Shown here: piece by piece, positions 1 to 7,061 of the stretch | How positions within the stretch are numbered: the stretch's first letter is position 1 | Layout of the letters: each line of letters opens with the position of its first letter | Virus record (IMG/VR): IMGVR_UViG_2681813135_000008 | DNA length: 11,336 nt | Source of the DNA: a virus | Lineage: Duplodnaviria; Heunggongvirae; Uroviricota; Caudoviricetes | Reading direction: 5' to 3' (one strand) | Position numbers and translations under genes: made by a program | Notes under the pieces: generated by a model | What the model was told of the DNA's origin: nothing | What the model saw: the letters and a program-made list of their open reading frames with translations, nothing else | The model's database searches: none

Positions 1-360
1 ATGGATAAGAAGCAAGTAACGGATTTAAGGTCGGAACTACTCGATTCACGTTTTGGTGCGAAGTCTATTTCCACTATCGCAGAATCAAAACGTTTTCCGC
101 TGCACGAAATGCGCGACGATGTCGCATTCCAGATTATCAATGACGAATTATATCTTGATGGCAACGCTCGTCAGAACCTGGCCACTTTCTGCCAGACTTG
201 GGACGACGAAAATGTCCACAAATTGATGGATTTATCCATTAACAAAAACTGGATCGACAAAGAAGAATATCCGCAATCCGCAGCCATCGACCTACGTTGC
301 GTAAATATGGTTGCCGATCTGTGGCATGCGCCTGCGCCGAAAAATGGTCAGGCCGTTGGC
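1..360 (+). CDS. gadB: Glutamate decarboxylase (PLP-dependent), N-terminal 120 codons only; 3' end lost at the N-run
   Basis: ATG at 1; translation [73 protein letters not shown]... matches the E. coli GadB N-terminus as I recall it (GadA differs in the first ~10 residues). The reading frame runs directly into the N-run at 361. Confidence 0.8.
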
Positions 361-370
361 NNNNNNNNNN
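361..370. other. Run of 10 N: assembly gap / contig join
   Basis: Ten consecutive n; the gadB frame on the left and the portal frame on the right are both interrupted mid-gene and are unrelated. Confidence 0.9.
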
Positions 371-371
371 T

Positions 372-1883
372 CTGATGGCAATTCTTGATGATGTGATTGG
401 CGTTTTTTCACCAGGATGGAAAGCGGCAAGGCTGCGTTCCCGTGCGGTGATCCAGGCTTATGAGGCCGTAAAAACGACGCGGACACACAAAGCCCGACGG
501 GAGAACCGAACTGCCGACCAGTTAAGCCAGTACGGGGCCGTGTCGTTACGTGAGCAGGCCCGTTACCTTGATAACAACCACGATCTGGTTATTGGTGTAT
601 TTGACAAGCTGGAAGAACGGGTGGTGGGGAAAAACGGGATTATTGTCGAGCCACATCCGGTATTACGCAATGGGGCCATTGCCCGTGACCTGGCTGCGGA
701 GATTCGCACCCGATGGAGTGAATGGTCTGTCAGCCCGGAAGTCACCGGGCAGTTTACCCGTCCGATGCTGGAACGTCTGATGCTTCGTACCTGGCTGCGC
801 GATGGTGAGGTGTTTGCCCAGATGGTTTCCGGGCGCATAAACAGCCTGACGCCTTCTGCCGGTGTTCATTTCTGGCTGGAGGCGCTCGAGCCGGACTTTA
901 TTCCCATGACCAGTGATGAGAGCAACAGGCTGAATCAGGGCGTGTTTGTTGATGACTGGGGGCGTCCCGAAAAATATCTGGTGTATAAAAGCCGTCCCGT
1001 ATCCGGACGGCAGATGGAAACCAAAGAAGTGGATGCAGAGCGAATGCTGCATCTTAAATTTGTTCGCCGTCTGCACCAGATGCGCGGGACGTCTTTATTG
1101 TCCGGTGTGCTGATCCGCCTCAGTGCTCTGAAAGAGTATGAAGATTCTGAGCTGACTGCAGCAAGGATCGCCGCTGCTCTGGGGATGTACATCCGGAAAG
1201 GCGACGGGCAGAGCTATGAAGCGGATGGTAATGGCAGCAAGGATAAGGAACGCGAGCTTACCATTCAGCCAGGCATTATTTACGATGATCTGAAACCCGG
1301 CGAAGAAATCGGAATGGTGAAGTCGGATCGCCCCAATCCTAACCTTGAAACTTTTCGTAATGGTCAGTTGCGTGCCGTGGCGGCGGGCAGTCGTCTGAGT
1401 TTTTCCAGTACAGCGCGCAACTATAACGGCACTTACAGCGCCCAGCGTCAGGAGCTGGTTGAATCCACTGATGGCTACCTGATCCTGCAGGACTGGTTTA
1501 TTGGTGCCGTCACCCGTCCGATGTATCGTGCCTGGCTGAAACAGGCTGTGGCATCCGGTGTTATCAGGCTACCCCGCGATCTTGACCGTTCTTCACTGTA
1601 TACCGCGGTGTATTCCGGACCGGTGATGCCGTGGATTGACCCTGTTAAGGAGGCTGAGGCCTGGAAAATCCAGATTCGTGGTGGAGCGGCGACAGAATCA
1701 GACTGGGTACGTGCTGGTGGTCGTAATCCGGATGATGTCAAACGTCGGCGCAAGGCCGAAATTGATGAAAACCGCAAGCTGGATCTGGTATTTGATACCG
1801 ATCCGGCCAGTGATAAAGGAGGCAGCAGTGCCGCAACGAAACGACATGAGCCGCAGCACACCGACGACCAGTCCGAAGAATAA
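372..1883 (+). CDS. Phage portal protein, 5'-truncated (about 503 codons present, N-terminus missing at the gap)
   Basis: Long ORF in frame 3 starting at the gap edge with no start codon, stop TAA at 1881-1883. It lies immediately upstream of, and overlaps, the prohead protease gene, which is the canonical portal position. Size fits a ~500-530 aa portal. Family assignment is by position and size, not a recognised motif. Confidence 0.7.
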   Translation: MMAILDDVIGVFSPGWKAARLRSRAVIQAYEAVKTTRTHKARRENRTADQLSQYGAVSLREQARYLDNNHDLVIGVFDKLEERVVGKNGIIVEPHPVLRNGAIARDLAAEIRTRWSEWSVSPEVTGQFTRPMLERLMLRTWLRDGEVFAQMVSGRINSLTPSAGVHFWLEALEPDFIPMTSDESNRLNQGVFVDDWGRPEKYLVYKSRPVSGRQMETKEVDAERMLHLKFVRRLHQMRGTSLLSGVLIRLSALKEYEDSELTAARIAAALGMYIRKGDGQSYEADGNGSKDKERELTIQPGIIYDDLKPGEEIGMVKSDRPNPNLETFRNGQLRAVAAGSRLSFSSTARNYNGTYSAQRQELVESTDGYLILQDWFIGAVTRPMYRAWLKQAVASGVIRLPRDLDRSSLYTAVYSGPVMPWIDPVKEAEAWKIQIRGGAATESDWVRAGGRNPDDVKRRRKAEIDENRKLDLVFDTDPASDKGGSSAATKRHEPQHTDDQSEE

Positions 1884-3855
1884 TTCCTGGTTCAGGATGC
1901 AGGCTGGTCACCAGAGTGACGCGGATATTTATATTTATGACGAGATTGGTTTCTGGGGTGTTACAGCGAAGCAGTTTATCAGTGATCTGAATGCACTGGG
2001 CGATATCACCCACATTAATCTCCATATTAATTCACCGGGTGGCGATGTCTTTGAAGGCATCGCCATTTTTAATGCGCTGAAAACACATGGTGCGTCCATT
2101 ACCGTTTATGTCGACGGTGTGGCGGCGTCAATGGCGTCGGTCATTGCGATGGTGGGAAACCCGGTCATTATGCCGGAAAACACCTTCATGATGATTCATA
2201 AACCATTTGGCTTTACGGGCGGTGATGCGGAGGACATGCGCACCTATGCCGACCTGCTCGATAAAGTTGAGGCGGTTCTGTTACCCGCTTATGCACAGAA
2301 AACCGGGAAAACCACCGATGAAATTGCTGCCATGCTGGCGGATGAGACCTGGATGTCCGGTGCCGAATGTCTGGCACATGGATTTGCTGATCAGGTAACG
2401 CCAGCCGTTAAGGCAATGGCATGTATTCAGTCAAAACGTACAGAGGAATTTAAAAAGATGCCGGAATCCATTCGAAACATGATTACTCCGCCACGCAACA
2501 GTGCTCCACGCGTACAGGATAATGAACCTGAAGCCTCCCGGACGCCAGTGCAGGCAGCAGCACCCGTGGTGGATGAAAACAGCATCCGTGCGCAGGTACT
2601 GGCAGAGCAAAAAGCGCGTGTAAACGGTATTAATGATCTGTTTGCCATGTTTGGCGGGCGTTATCAGACGCTGCAGGCTCAGTGTCTTGCCGATCCTGAA
2701 TGTTCGCTGGAGCAGGCCCGCGAAAAGCTGTTGAACGAGATGGGGCGCGAGTCCACGCCATCCAATAAAAATACCCCGGCTCATATTTATGCCGGTAACG
2801 GTAATTTTGTGGGGGACGGGATCCGCCAGGCGCTGATGGCGCGTGCCGGATTTGAAAAAACCGAACGTGATAATGTCTACAACGGGATGACCCTGCGTGA
2901 ATATGCCCGTATGTCACTGACTGAACGGGGTATTGGGGTTTCCAGTTATAACCCGATGCAGATGGTCGGTGCGGCGTTCACACACAGTACGTCTGACTTC
3001 GGTAATATTCTGCTGGATGTTGCGAACAAAGCCATTCTGCAGGGCTGGGAAGATGCCCCTGAAACCTATGAACAGTGGACGCGGAAAGGTCAGTTGTCTG
3101 ATTTTAAAATTGCCCATCGTGTGGGTATGGGTGGCTTCAGTGCTCTGCGTCAGGTGCGTGAAGGGGCGGAATATAAATACGTCACCACCGGAGATAAACA
3201 GGCCACTATTGCACTGGCGACCTATGGCGAGCTGTTCAGTATCACCCGTCAGGCCATTATCAATGATGATCTGAATATGCTGACCGATGTCCCGATGAAA
3301 CTGGGCCGTGCGGCGAAATCCACTATTGCCGATCTGGTTTATGCCATTCTGACGTCTAACCCGAAAATCTCCACAGATAATGTAAGTCTGTTCGATAAAG
3401 CGAAACATGCAAACGTACTGGAGAGCGCTGCAATGGACGTGGCATCGCTGGATAAAGCCCGCCAGTTGATGCGCGTTCAGAAAGAGGGGGAGCGTCATCT
3501 GAATATTCGTCCTGCGTTCGTACTGGTACCGACGGCGATGGAGTCTGTTGCTAACCAGGTCATTCGCTCCTCAAGTGTCAAGGGGGCTGACATTAACGCC
3601 GGTATTATTAACCCGGTGAAAGATTTTGCGACCGTTATTGCAGAGCCTCGTCTTGATGATAACAGCCAGACCACCTTCTACCTGGCTGCGTCAAAAGGCT
3701 CCGATACGATTGAAGTGGCTTATCTCAACGGTGTGGATACGCCATATATTGATCAGATGGAGGGCTTCAGTGTGGATGGCGTGACAACGAAAGTGCGTAT
3801 TGACGCCGGTGTCGCGCCAGTTGATCACCGCGGTCTGGTGAAATGTACGGCGTAA
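1846..3855 (+). CDS. Prohead protease (ClpP-like serine peptidase) - scaffold-like linker - major capsid protein, fused in one ORF (669 codons from ATG 1846)
   Basis: N-terminal region has ClpP-type motifs: GVAASMASV with Ser codon at 2128-2130, and MMIHKPFG with His codon at 2197-2199 (compare E. coli ClpP ...AASMG... and ...IHQP...). A low-complexity P/A/Q/E-rich linker follows (about 2400-2900), then a ~300-aa C-terminal domain ending at TAA 3853-3855, called capsid by position and size. Start is uncertain: ATG 1846, GTG 1828 (preceded by AAGGAGG at 1816-1822, spacing 5) or ATG 1897. Confidence 0.8.
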   Translation: MSRSTPTTSPKNNSWFRMQAGHQSDADIYIYDEIGFWGVTAKQFISDLNALGDITHINLHINSPGGDVFEGIAIFNALKTHGASITVYVDGVAASMASVIAMVGNPVIMPENTFMMIHKPFGFTGGDAEDMRTYADLLDKVEAVLLPAYAQKTGKTTDEIAAMLADETWMSGAECLAHGFADQVTPAVKAMACIQSKRTEEFKKMPESIRNMITPPRNSAPRVQDNEPEASRTPVQAAAPVVDENSIRAQVLAEQKARVNGINDLFAMFGGRYQTLQAQCLADPECSLEQAREKLLNEMGRESTPSNKNTPAHIYAGNGNFVGDGIRQALMARAGFEKTERDNVYNGMTLREYARMSLTERGIGVSSYNPMQMVGAAFTHSTSDFGNILLDVANKAILQGWEDAPETYEQWTRKGQLSDFKIAHRVGMGGFSALRQVREGAEYKYVTTGDKQATIALATYGELFSITRQAIINDDLNMLTDVPMKLGRAAKSTIADLVYAILTSNPKISTDNVSLFDKAKHANVLESAAMDVASLDKARQLMRVQKEGERHLNIRPAFVLVPTAMESVANQVIRSSSVKGADINAGIINPVKDFATVIAEPRLDDNSQTTFYLAASKGSDTIEVAYLNGVDTPYIDQMEGFSVDGVTTKVRIDAGVAPVDHRGLVKCTA

Positions 3856-3879
3856 ACGTCGCAGACAACAACTCTGATG

Positions 3880-3898
3880 GCCCGTAAGGGCTTTTTTT
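3880..3898 (+). terminator. Putative weak intrinsic terminator/attenuator downstream of the capsid gene
   Basis: GCCC(3880-3883)-GTAA-GGGC(3888-3891): 4-bp GC stem with a GNRA-type loop, followed immediately by seven T (3892-3898). The stem is short, so this is likely partial at best. Confidence 0.4.
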
Positions 3899-3909
3899 GT
3901 ACCTGAAAT

Positions 3910-3928
3910 CAGCCCCTGAACGGGGCTG
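3910..3928 (+). other. Stable RNA stem-loop immediately upstream of the ribosome-binding site of the next gene
   Basis: CAGCCCC(3910-3916)-TGAAC-GGGGCTG(3922-3928): perfect 7-bp GC-rich stem, no U-tract after it; GGAG at 3932-3935 and ATG at 3942 follow. Confidence 0.35.
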
Positions 3929-3941
3929 TGCGGAGACAGTT

Positions 3942-4265
3942 ATGGCAAAGAATTTTGTAGAAGAAGGAAAAACGGTGGCGATTGTTGCCAGTGCAGCCAT
4001 CAGCAGCGGAGATCTGGTGCAGGTGGGTGATGTTTTTGCGGTGGCGCTGACCGATATTCCACAGGGTGAAACAGGCGACGGCATGACCGAAGGTGTGTTT
4101 ATCCTGCCTAAACTGAAAACGGATGACATGAAAACGGGTAAGAAGGTTTATCTGAAGTCCGGAAAAGTTCAGCTGACTAACAGCGGCTCTGATCCGCTGG
4201 TCGGGGTTGTCTGGGCAGATGCCGGAACCAGTGCAGAAGAAGTGCCGGTAAAACTCAATGTCTGA
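3942..4265 (+). CDS. Small head-associated protein (107 aa), FI-position; resembles DUF2190-type small capsid-associated proteins from memory
   Basis: ATG 3942 preceded by GGAG (3932-3935, spacing 6); stop TGA 4263-4265 overlaps the next start (ATGTCTGA). Sits between the capsid and the FII-like gene. Functional call is by position and weak recollection only. Confidence 0.6.
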   Translation: MAKNFVEEGKTVAIVASAAISSGDLVQVGDVFAVALTDIPQGETGDGMTEGVFILPKLKTDDMKTGKKVYLKSGKVQLTNSGSDPLVGVVWADAGTSAEEVPVKLNV

Positions 4266-4533
4266 TCCCTTTTCCCGGCTGGCAGCGCGTATGGATGCGA
4301 TCACGGTCAGAAAGATGGGAAAGACAGCCTCGATTAATGATGTCGATATGGCTGTGATCCCGGGCGAAACACTGGCAGAGCTGAATGCTCTGTCCGGACC
4401 TGCGGTCTCTCTGGTGGTGTTTTCTTCGGGATACCGCCCACGGCGCGGGGATCGCGTTGTTTATGACGGACAACAATGGACGGTCACACGGCATGAACGT
4501 TTTAACGGTAAGCCAATGATCTTTATTGAGTAA
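4258..4533 (+). CDS. Head-tail joining / head completion protein, lambda FII-like (91 aa)
   Basis: Translation MSDPFSRLAARMDAITVRKMGKTASI...PRRGDRVVYDGQQWTVTR... follows the pattern of lambda FII as I recall it (M-DF--LF-A-----T-RGYMGTSA-I ... LRRGDTLTIGEENFWVDRV). Position is immediately before Z-U-V. Confidence 0.65.
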   Translation: MSDPFSRLAARMDAITVRKMGKTASINDVDMAVIPGETLAELNALSGPAVSLVVFSSGYRPRRGDRVVYDGQQWTVTRHERFNGKPMIFIE

Positions 4534-4544
4534 AGAGGTGTGGG

Positions 4545-5123
4545 ATGAAGGGGCTTGAGAATGCCATCCGCAATCTGAACAGCCTTGATACCCGTATGGT
4601 GCCACAGGCCAGCGCATGGGCGATAAACCGTGTGGCACAGAAAGCGGTCTCGGTTGCCACCCGGCAGGTTGCCGGGAATACCGTTGCGGGAGATAACCAG
4701 GTGAAAGGGATCCCCCTGAAACTGGTACGTCAGCGTGTCCGGGTGTTTAAAGCCAGTCCGTCAGGAAAAATGACGGCCAGGATCCGCGTTAACCGGGGCA
4801 ATCTGCCCGCCATTAAGCTGGGGACAGCCCGGGTCAGACTGGCCCGGCGTGGTGGAAAACTGCAGTACCGTGGCAGTGTGCTGAAGGTGGGTAAATATCT
4901 TTTCCGGGATGCGTTTATTCAGCAACTGGCGAATGGTCGCTGGCATGTGATGCGGCGTATTGATGGCAAAAATCGTTACCCCATTGATGTGGTGAAAATC
5001 CCGCTTTCCGGACCGCTGACACAGGCATTTGAAGATGCCCGCGACCGCATCATTGCTGCGGAAATGCCGAAACAGCTGGGGTATGCACTGAAACAACAAC
5101 TGAGGTTATGGCTGACCCGATGA
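4545..5123 (+). CDS. Z: Minor tail protein, lambda Z-like (192 aa)
   Basis: ATG 4545 with AGAGG at 4534-4538 (spacing 6). 192 codons, the same length as lambda Z, and directly upstream of and overlapping the U homolog (ATGA at 5120-5123). Confidence 0.65.
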   Translation: MKGLENAIRNLNSLDTRMVPQASAWAINRVAQKAVSVATRQVAGNTVAGDNQVKGIPLKLVRQRVRVFKASPSGKMTARIRVNRGNLPAIKLGTARVRLARRGGKLQYRGSVLKVGKYLFRDAFIQQLANGRWHVMRRIDGKNRYPIDVVKIPLSGPLTQAFEDARDRIIAAEMPKQLGYALKQQLRLWLTR

Positions 5124-5521
5124 ACCGACATACACAAATCCGCCAGGCCGTACTGGCACGCCTTCGGGAACAGTGTGGAGACAGCGCCACGTTTTTTGAC
5201 GGGCTTCCGGCATTTATTGATGCGCAGGAACTGCCTGCCGTGGCGGTGTGGCTGAGTGATGCTCAGTACACCGGAAAAATGACGGATGAAGATGACTGGC
5301 AGGCTGTTCTGCATATTGCTGTCTTCATCCGGGCACAGGCACCGGATTCAGAGCTGGATATGTGGATGGAGAGCACCATTTTCCCGGCTCTGAATGATAT
5401 ACCGGCACTTTCCGGACTCATCGACACCCTGATCCCTCTCGGTTTTAACTATCAACGTGATAATGAGATGGCCACCTGGGCGATGGCGGAAATCACGTAC
5501 CAGATCACGTACACGAATTAA
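5120..5521 (+). CDS. U: Tail terminator protein, lambda U homolog
   Basis: Translation MNRHTQIRQAVLARLREQCGDSATFFDGLPAFIDAQELPAVAVWLSDAQYTGK...AVLHIAVFIRAQAPDSELDMWMESTIFPALNDIPALSGLIDT... aligns along its length with lambda gpU (MKHTELRAAVLDALEKHDTGATFFDGRPAVFDEADFPAVAVYLTGAEYTGE...). Start 5120 is chosen by alignment and the ATGA overlap; ATG 5108 is the alternative. Confidence 0.85.
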   Translation: MNRHTQIRQAVLARLREQCGDSATFFDGLPAFIDAQELPAVAVWLSDAQYTGKMTDEDDWQAVLHIAVFIRAQAPDSELDMWMESTIFPALNDIPALSGLIDTLIPLGFNYQRDNEMATWAMAEITYQITYTN

Positions 5522-5532
5522 AGGAGGTGGCA

Positions 5533-6276
5533 ATGACCACACCAAATCCACTGGCAAAAACGAAAGGTGCGGGAACGACGTTCTGGATGTACACCGGCAA
5601 GGGCGATGCGTTTGCGAACCCTTTATCGGACACTGACTGGCTGCGTCTTGCGATGGTGAAGGATCTGCAACCTGGCGAAATGACCGCTGATGCAGAAGAT
5701 GACACTTATCTCGATGATGAAGATGCAGACTGGAAAACGACAACCCAGGGGCAGAAATCCGTCGGTGATACTTCGGCGACGCTGGCCTGGCGTCCGGGTG
5801 ACAGCGGACAGAAAAAACTGGTTCAGTTGTTCGACTCCGGTGAAGTCTGCGCGTTTCGTATCAAATATCCCAACGGCACTGTTGATGTTTTCCGTGGCTG
5901 GCTGAGCTCACTGGGTAAAACCATTGCCTCAAAAGACGTGATGACCCACACAGTGAAAATCAGCGGTGTGGGGCGTCCGTATCTGGCAGAGGAAGGCACT
6001 GAAACAGTGAGCGTTACCGGGCTGACGGTGGCACCGGCATCTGCCAGTGTAAAAGTGGGAGCAACCACCACGCTGACCTTTACAGTAAAACCTGACGGAG
6101 CCAGTGACAAAGCGATCAGTGTGCATTCGACAGATCCACAGACTGCCACGGTGACCCTGAACGGGCTTGTGGCCACGGTGAAAGGCGTGAAGCAGGGCAG
6201 TGTCAGCATTGTGGGCATGACTTCTGACGGCGATTTTGTGGCAGTGGCTGCGGTGGCTGTCAGCGCCGCAGGTTAA
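5533..6276 (+). CDS. V: Major tail tube protein, lambda V homolog, with C-terminal Ig-like domain
   Basis: AAGGAGG at 5521-5527, ATG 5533. Translation MTTPNPLAKTKGAGTTFWMYTGKGDAFANPLSDTDWLRLAMVKDLQPGEMTA...YLDDEDADW...FRIKYPNGTVDVFRGW... closely matches lambda gpV ([52 protein letters not shown]...). The C-terminal ~90 residues have the T/V/S-rich Ig-like pattern. Stop TAA 6274-6276. Confidence 0.9.
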   Translation: MTTPNPLAKTKGAGTTFWMYTGKGDAFANPLSDTDWLRLAMVKDLQPGEMTADAEDDTYLDDEDADWKTTTQGQKSVGDTSATLAWRPGDSGQKKLVQLFDSGEVCAFRIKYPNGTVDVFRGWLSSLGKTIASKDVMTHTVKISGVGRPYLAEEGTETVSVTGLTVAPASASVKVGATTTLTFTVKPDGASDKAISVHSTDPQTATVTLNGLVATVKGVKQGSVSIVGMTSDGDFVAVAAVAVSAAG

Positions 6277-6296
6277 CAGGACGATACTCATCATTT

Positions 6297-6320
6297 GCCC
6301 CGGTTATCCGGGGCTTTTTT
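6297..6320 (+). terminator. Rho-independent terminator/attenuator between V and G
   Basis: GCCCCGG(6297-6303)-TTAT-CCGGGGC(6308-6314): perfect 7-bp GC stem, followed by TTTTTT (6315-6320). It lies in the 60-bp V-G spacer. Confidence 0.6.
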
Positions 6321-6336
6321 GCAGGTGGAGAACATG

Positions 6337-6723
6337 ATGTTTCTGAAACAGGGCACGTTTAATTATGAAAAGCAGTCCGTGGTGCTCAGTGAGCTGTCCG
6401 GGCTGCAGAGAATTGAATATCTGGCGTTTGTTCAGCAGCGAACGGCAAAGTTTGATGCCGAAGAGGGAGAACTGCCGGAGGCTGAACGACAGATTGCTTT
6501 TCTGCGGATGGGGATGGATATCAATGCCTGGCTGGTTTCCCGCTCACTGTGGAATGCGGAACAGTCTCAGGATGTTGAGACGCTTTGCGCATCCGTTATT
6601 ACAACATGGTCGTATGATGCCCTGGGAGCGGGGGCGGAGATGGTTCTGTCGCTGAGCGGTATGGGAGCCATTGAGAATGCCGGGGATTTGGAGCATGAGG
6701 TGCTGACGCCGGAAAAGTCCTGA
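6337..6723 (+). CDS. G: Tail assembly chaperone, lambda G homolog (zero-frame product)
   Basis: GGAG at 6327-6330, ATG 6337 (second ATG of ATGATG). Translation MFLKQGTFNYEKQSVVLSELSGLQRIEYLAF... matches lambda gpG (MFLKTESFEHNGVTVTLSELSALQRIEHLAL...). Stop TGA 6721-6723. Confidence 0.8.
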   Translation: MFLKQGTFNYEKQSVVLSELSGLQRIEYLAFVQQRTAKFDAEEGELPEAERQIAFLRMGMDINAWLVSRSLWNAEQSQDVETLCASVITTWSYDALGAGAEMVLSLSGMGAIENAGDLEHEVLTPEKS

Positions 6724-7061
6724 CGCGGGAAATGCAGTTTGTCATGCGGCTTGCCCGGGAGTTCAGGCGGGCAGACTGGCGGCGGATGCTGTCGGAAATG
6801 TCGGCCACTGAGCTTGGTGAGTGGGGCGATTATTTCCGGATGCAGAGCTTCAGTGATGTGTGGATGGATGCGCAGTTTGCCTCGCTGAAGGCATTGATCG
6901 TGAGAATGGTGTCCGGCAGCAGTGATGCTGCGGTGGCTGATTTCAGCCTTTTACCGGAAGAGAACGGGATACCGGAGCGAACGGACGAAGAACTGATGCA
7001 TCTTGGGGAAGGTATTTCCGGAGGTGTGCGTTATGGACCAGATAGCCAACCTGGTCATTGA
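6337..7061 (+). CDS. T: Tail assembly chaperone GT fusion, made by programmed -1 ribosomal frameshift near 6711-6717
   Basis: The -1 frame opens at 6699 (stop TGA at 6696-6698 upstream) and stays open to TGA 7059-7061, overlapping the last 8 codons of G. It has no plausible own start with an RBS. The arrangement is the conserved G/GT recoding of lambda-like tail modules. Confidence 0.65.
6711..6717 (+). other. Candidate slippery heptamer for the G/GT -1 frameshift
   Basis: GGAAAAG, read G-GAA-AAG in the zero frame, is the only A-AAG-type site inside the 25-nt window where both frames are open (6699-6723). Lambda uses GGGAAAG at the equivalent position. Confidence 0.5.

Noticed and set aside
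1-370. Interpretation that the prophage is integrated into or next to gadB
   Set aside because: The junction is an N-run and both flanking genes are truncated mid-frame, so this is an assembly join and not a demonstrated insertion site.
297-486. ORF-track starts and stops that cross the first N-run (plus ORF 297-1883 starting inside gadB; plus ORF 1-375 ending just after the gap; minus ORF 292-486)
   Set aside because: These frames only connect through the 10 N, which represent unknown sequence at a contig join, so the apparent continuity is an artefact.
1636-1845. Upstream extension of the protease-capsid ORF to the first in-frame start at 1636
   Set aside because: It would overlap the portal gene by about 250 nt in another frame with no RBS; starts at 1828, 1846 or 1897 are far more plausible.
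2914-3498. Minus-strand 194-aa ORF inside the capsid domain, and similar antisense ORFs in the portal gene (563-1192)
   Set aside because: They are antisense to sense genes with strong positional and motif support, and lack start and RBS context; most likely chance open frames in GC-rich coding DNA.
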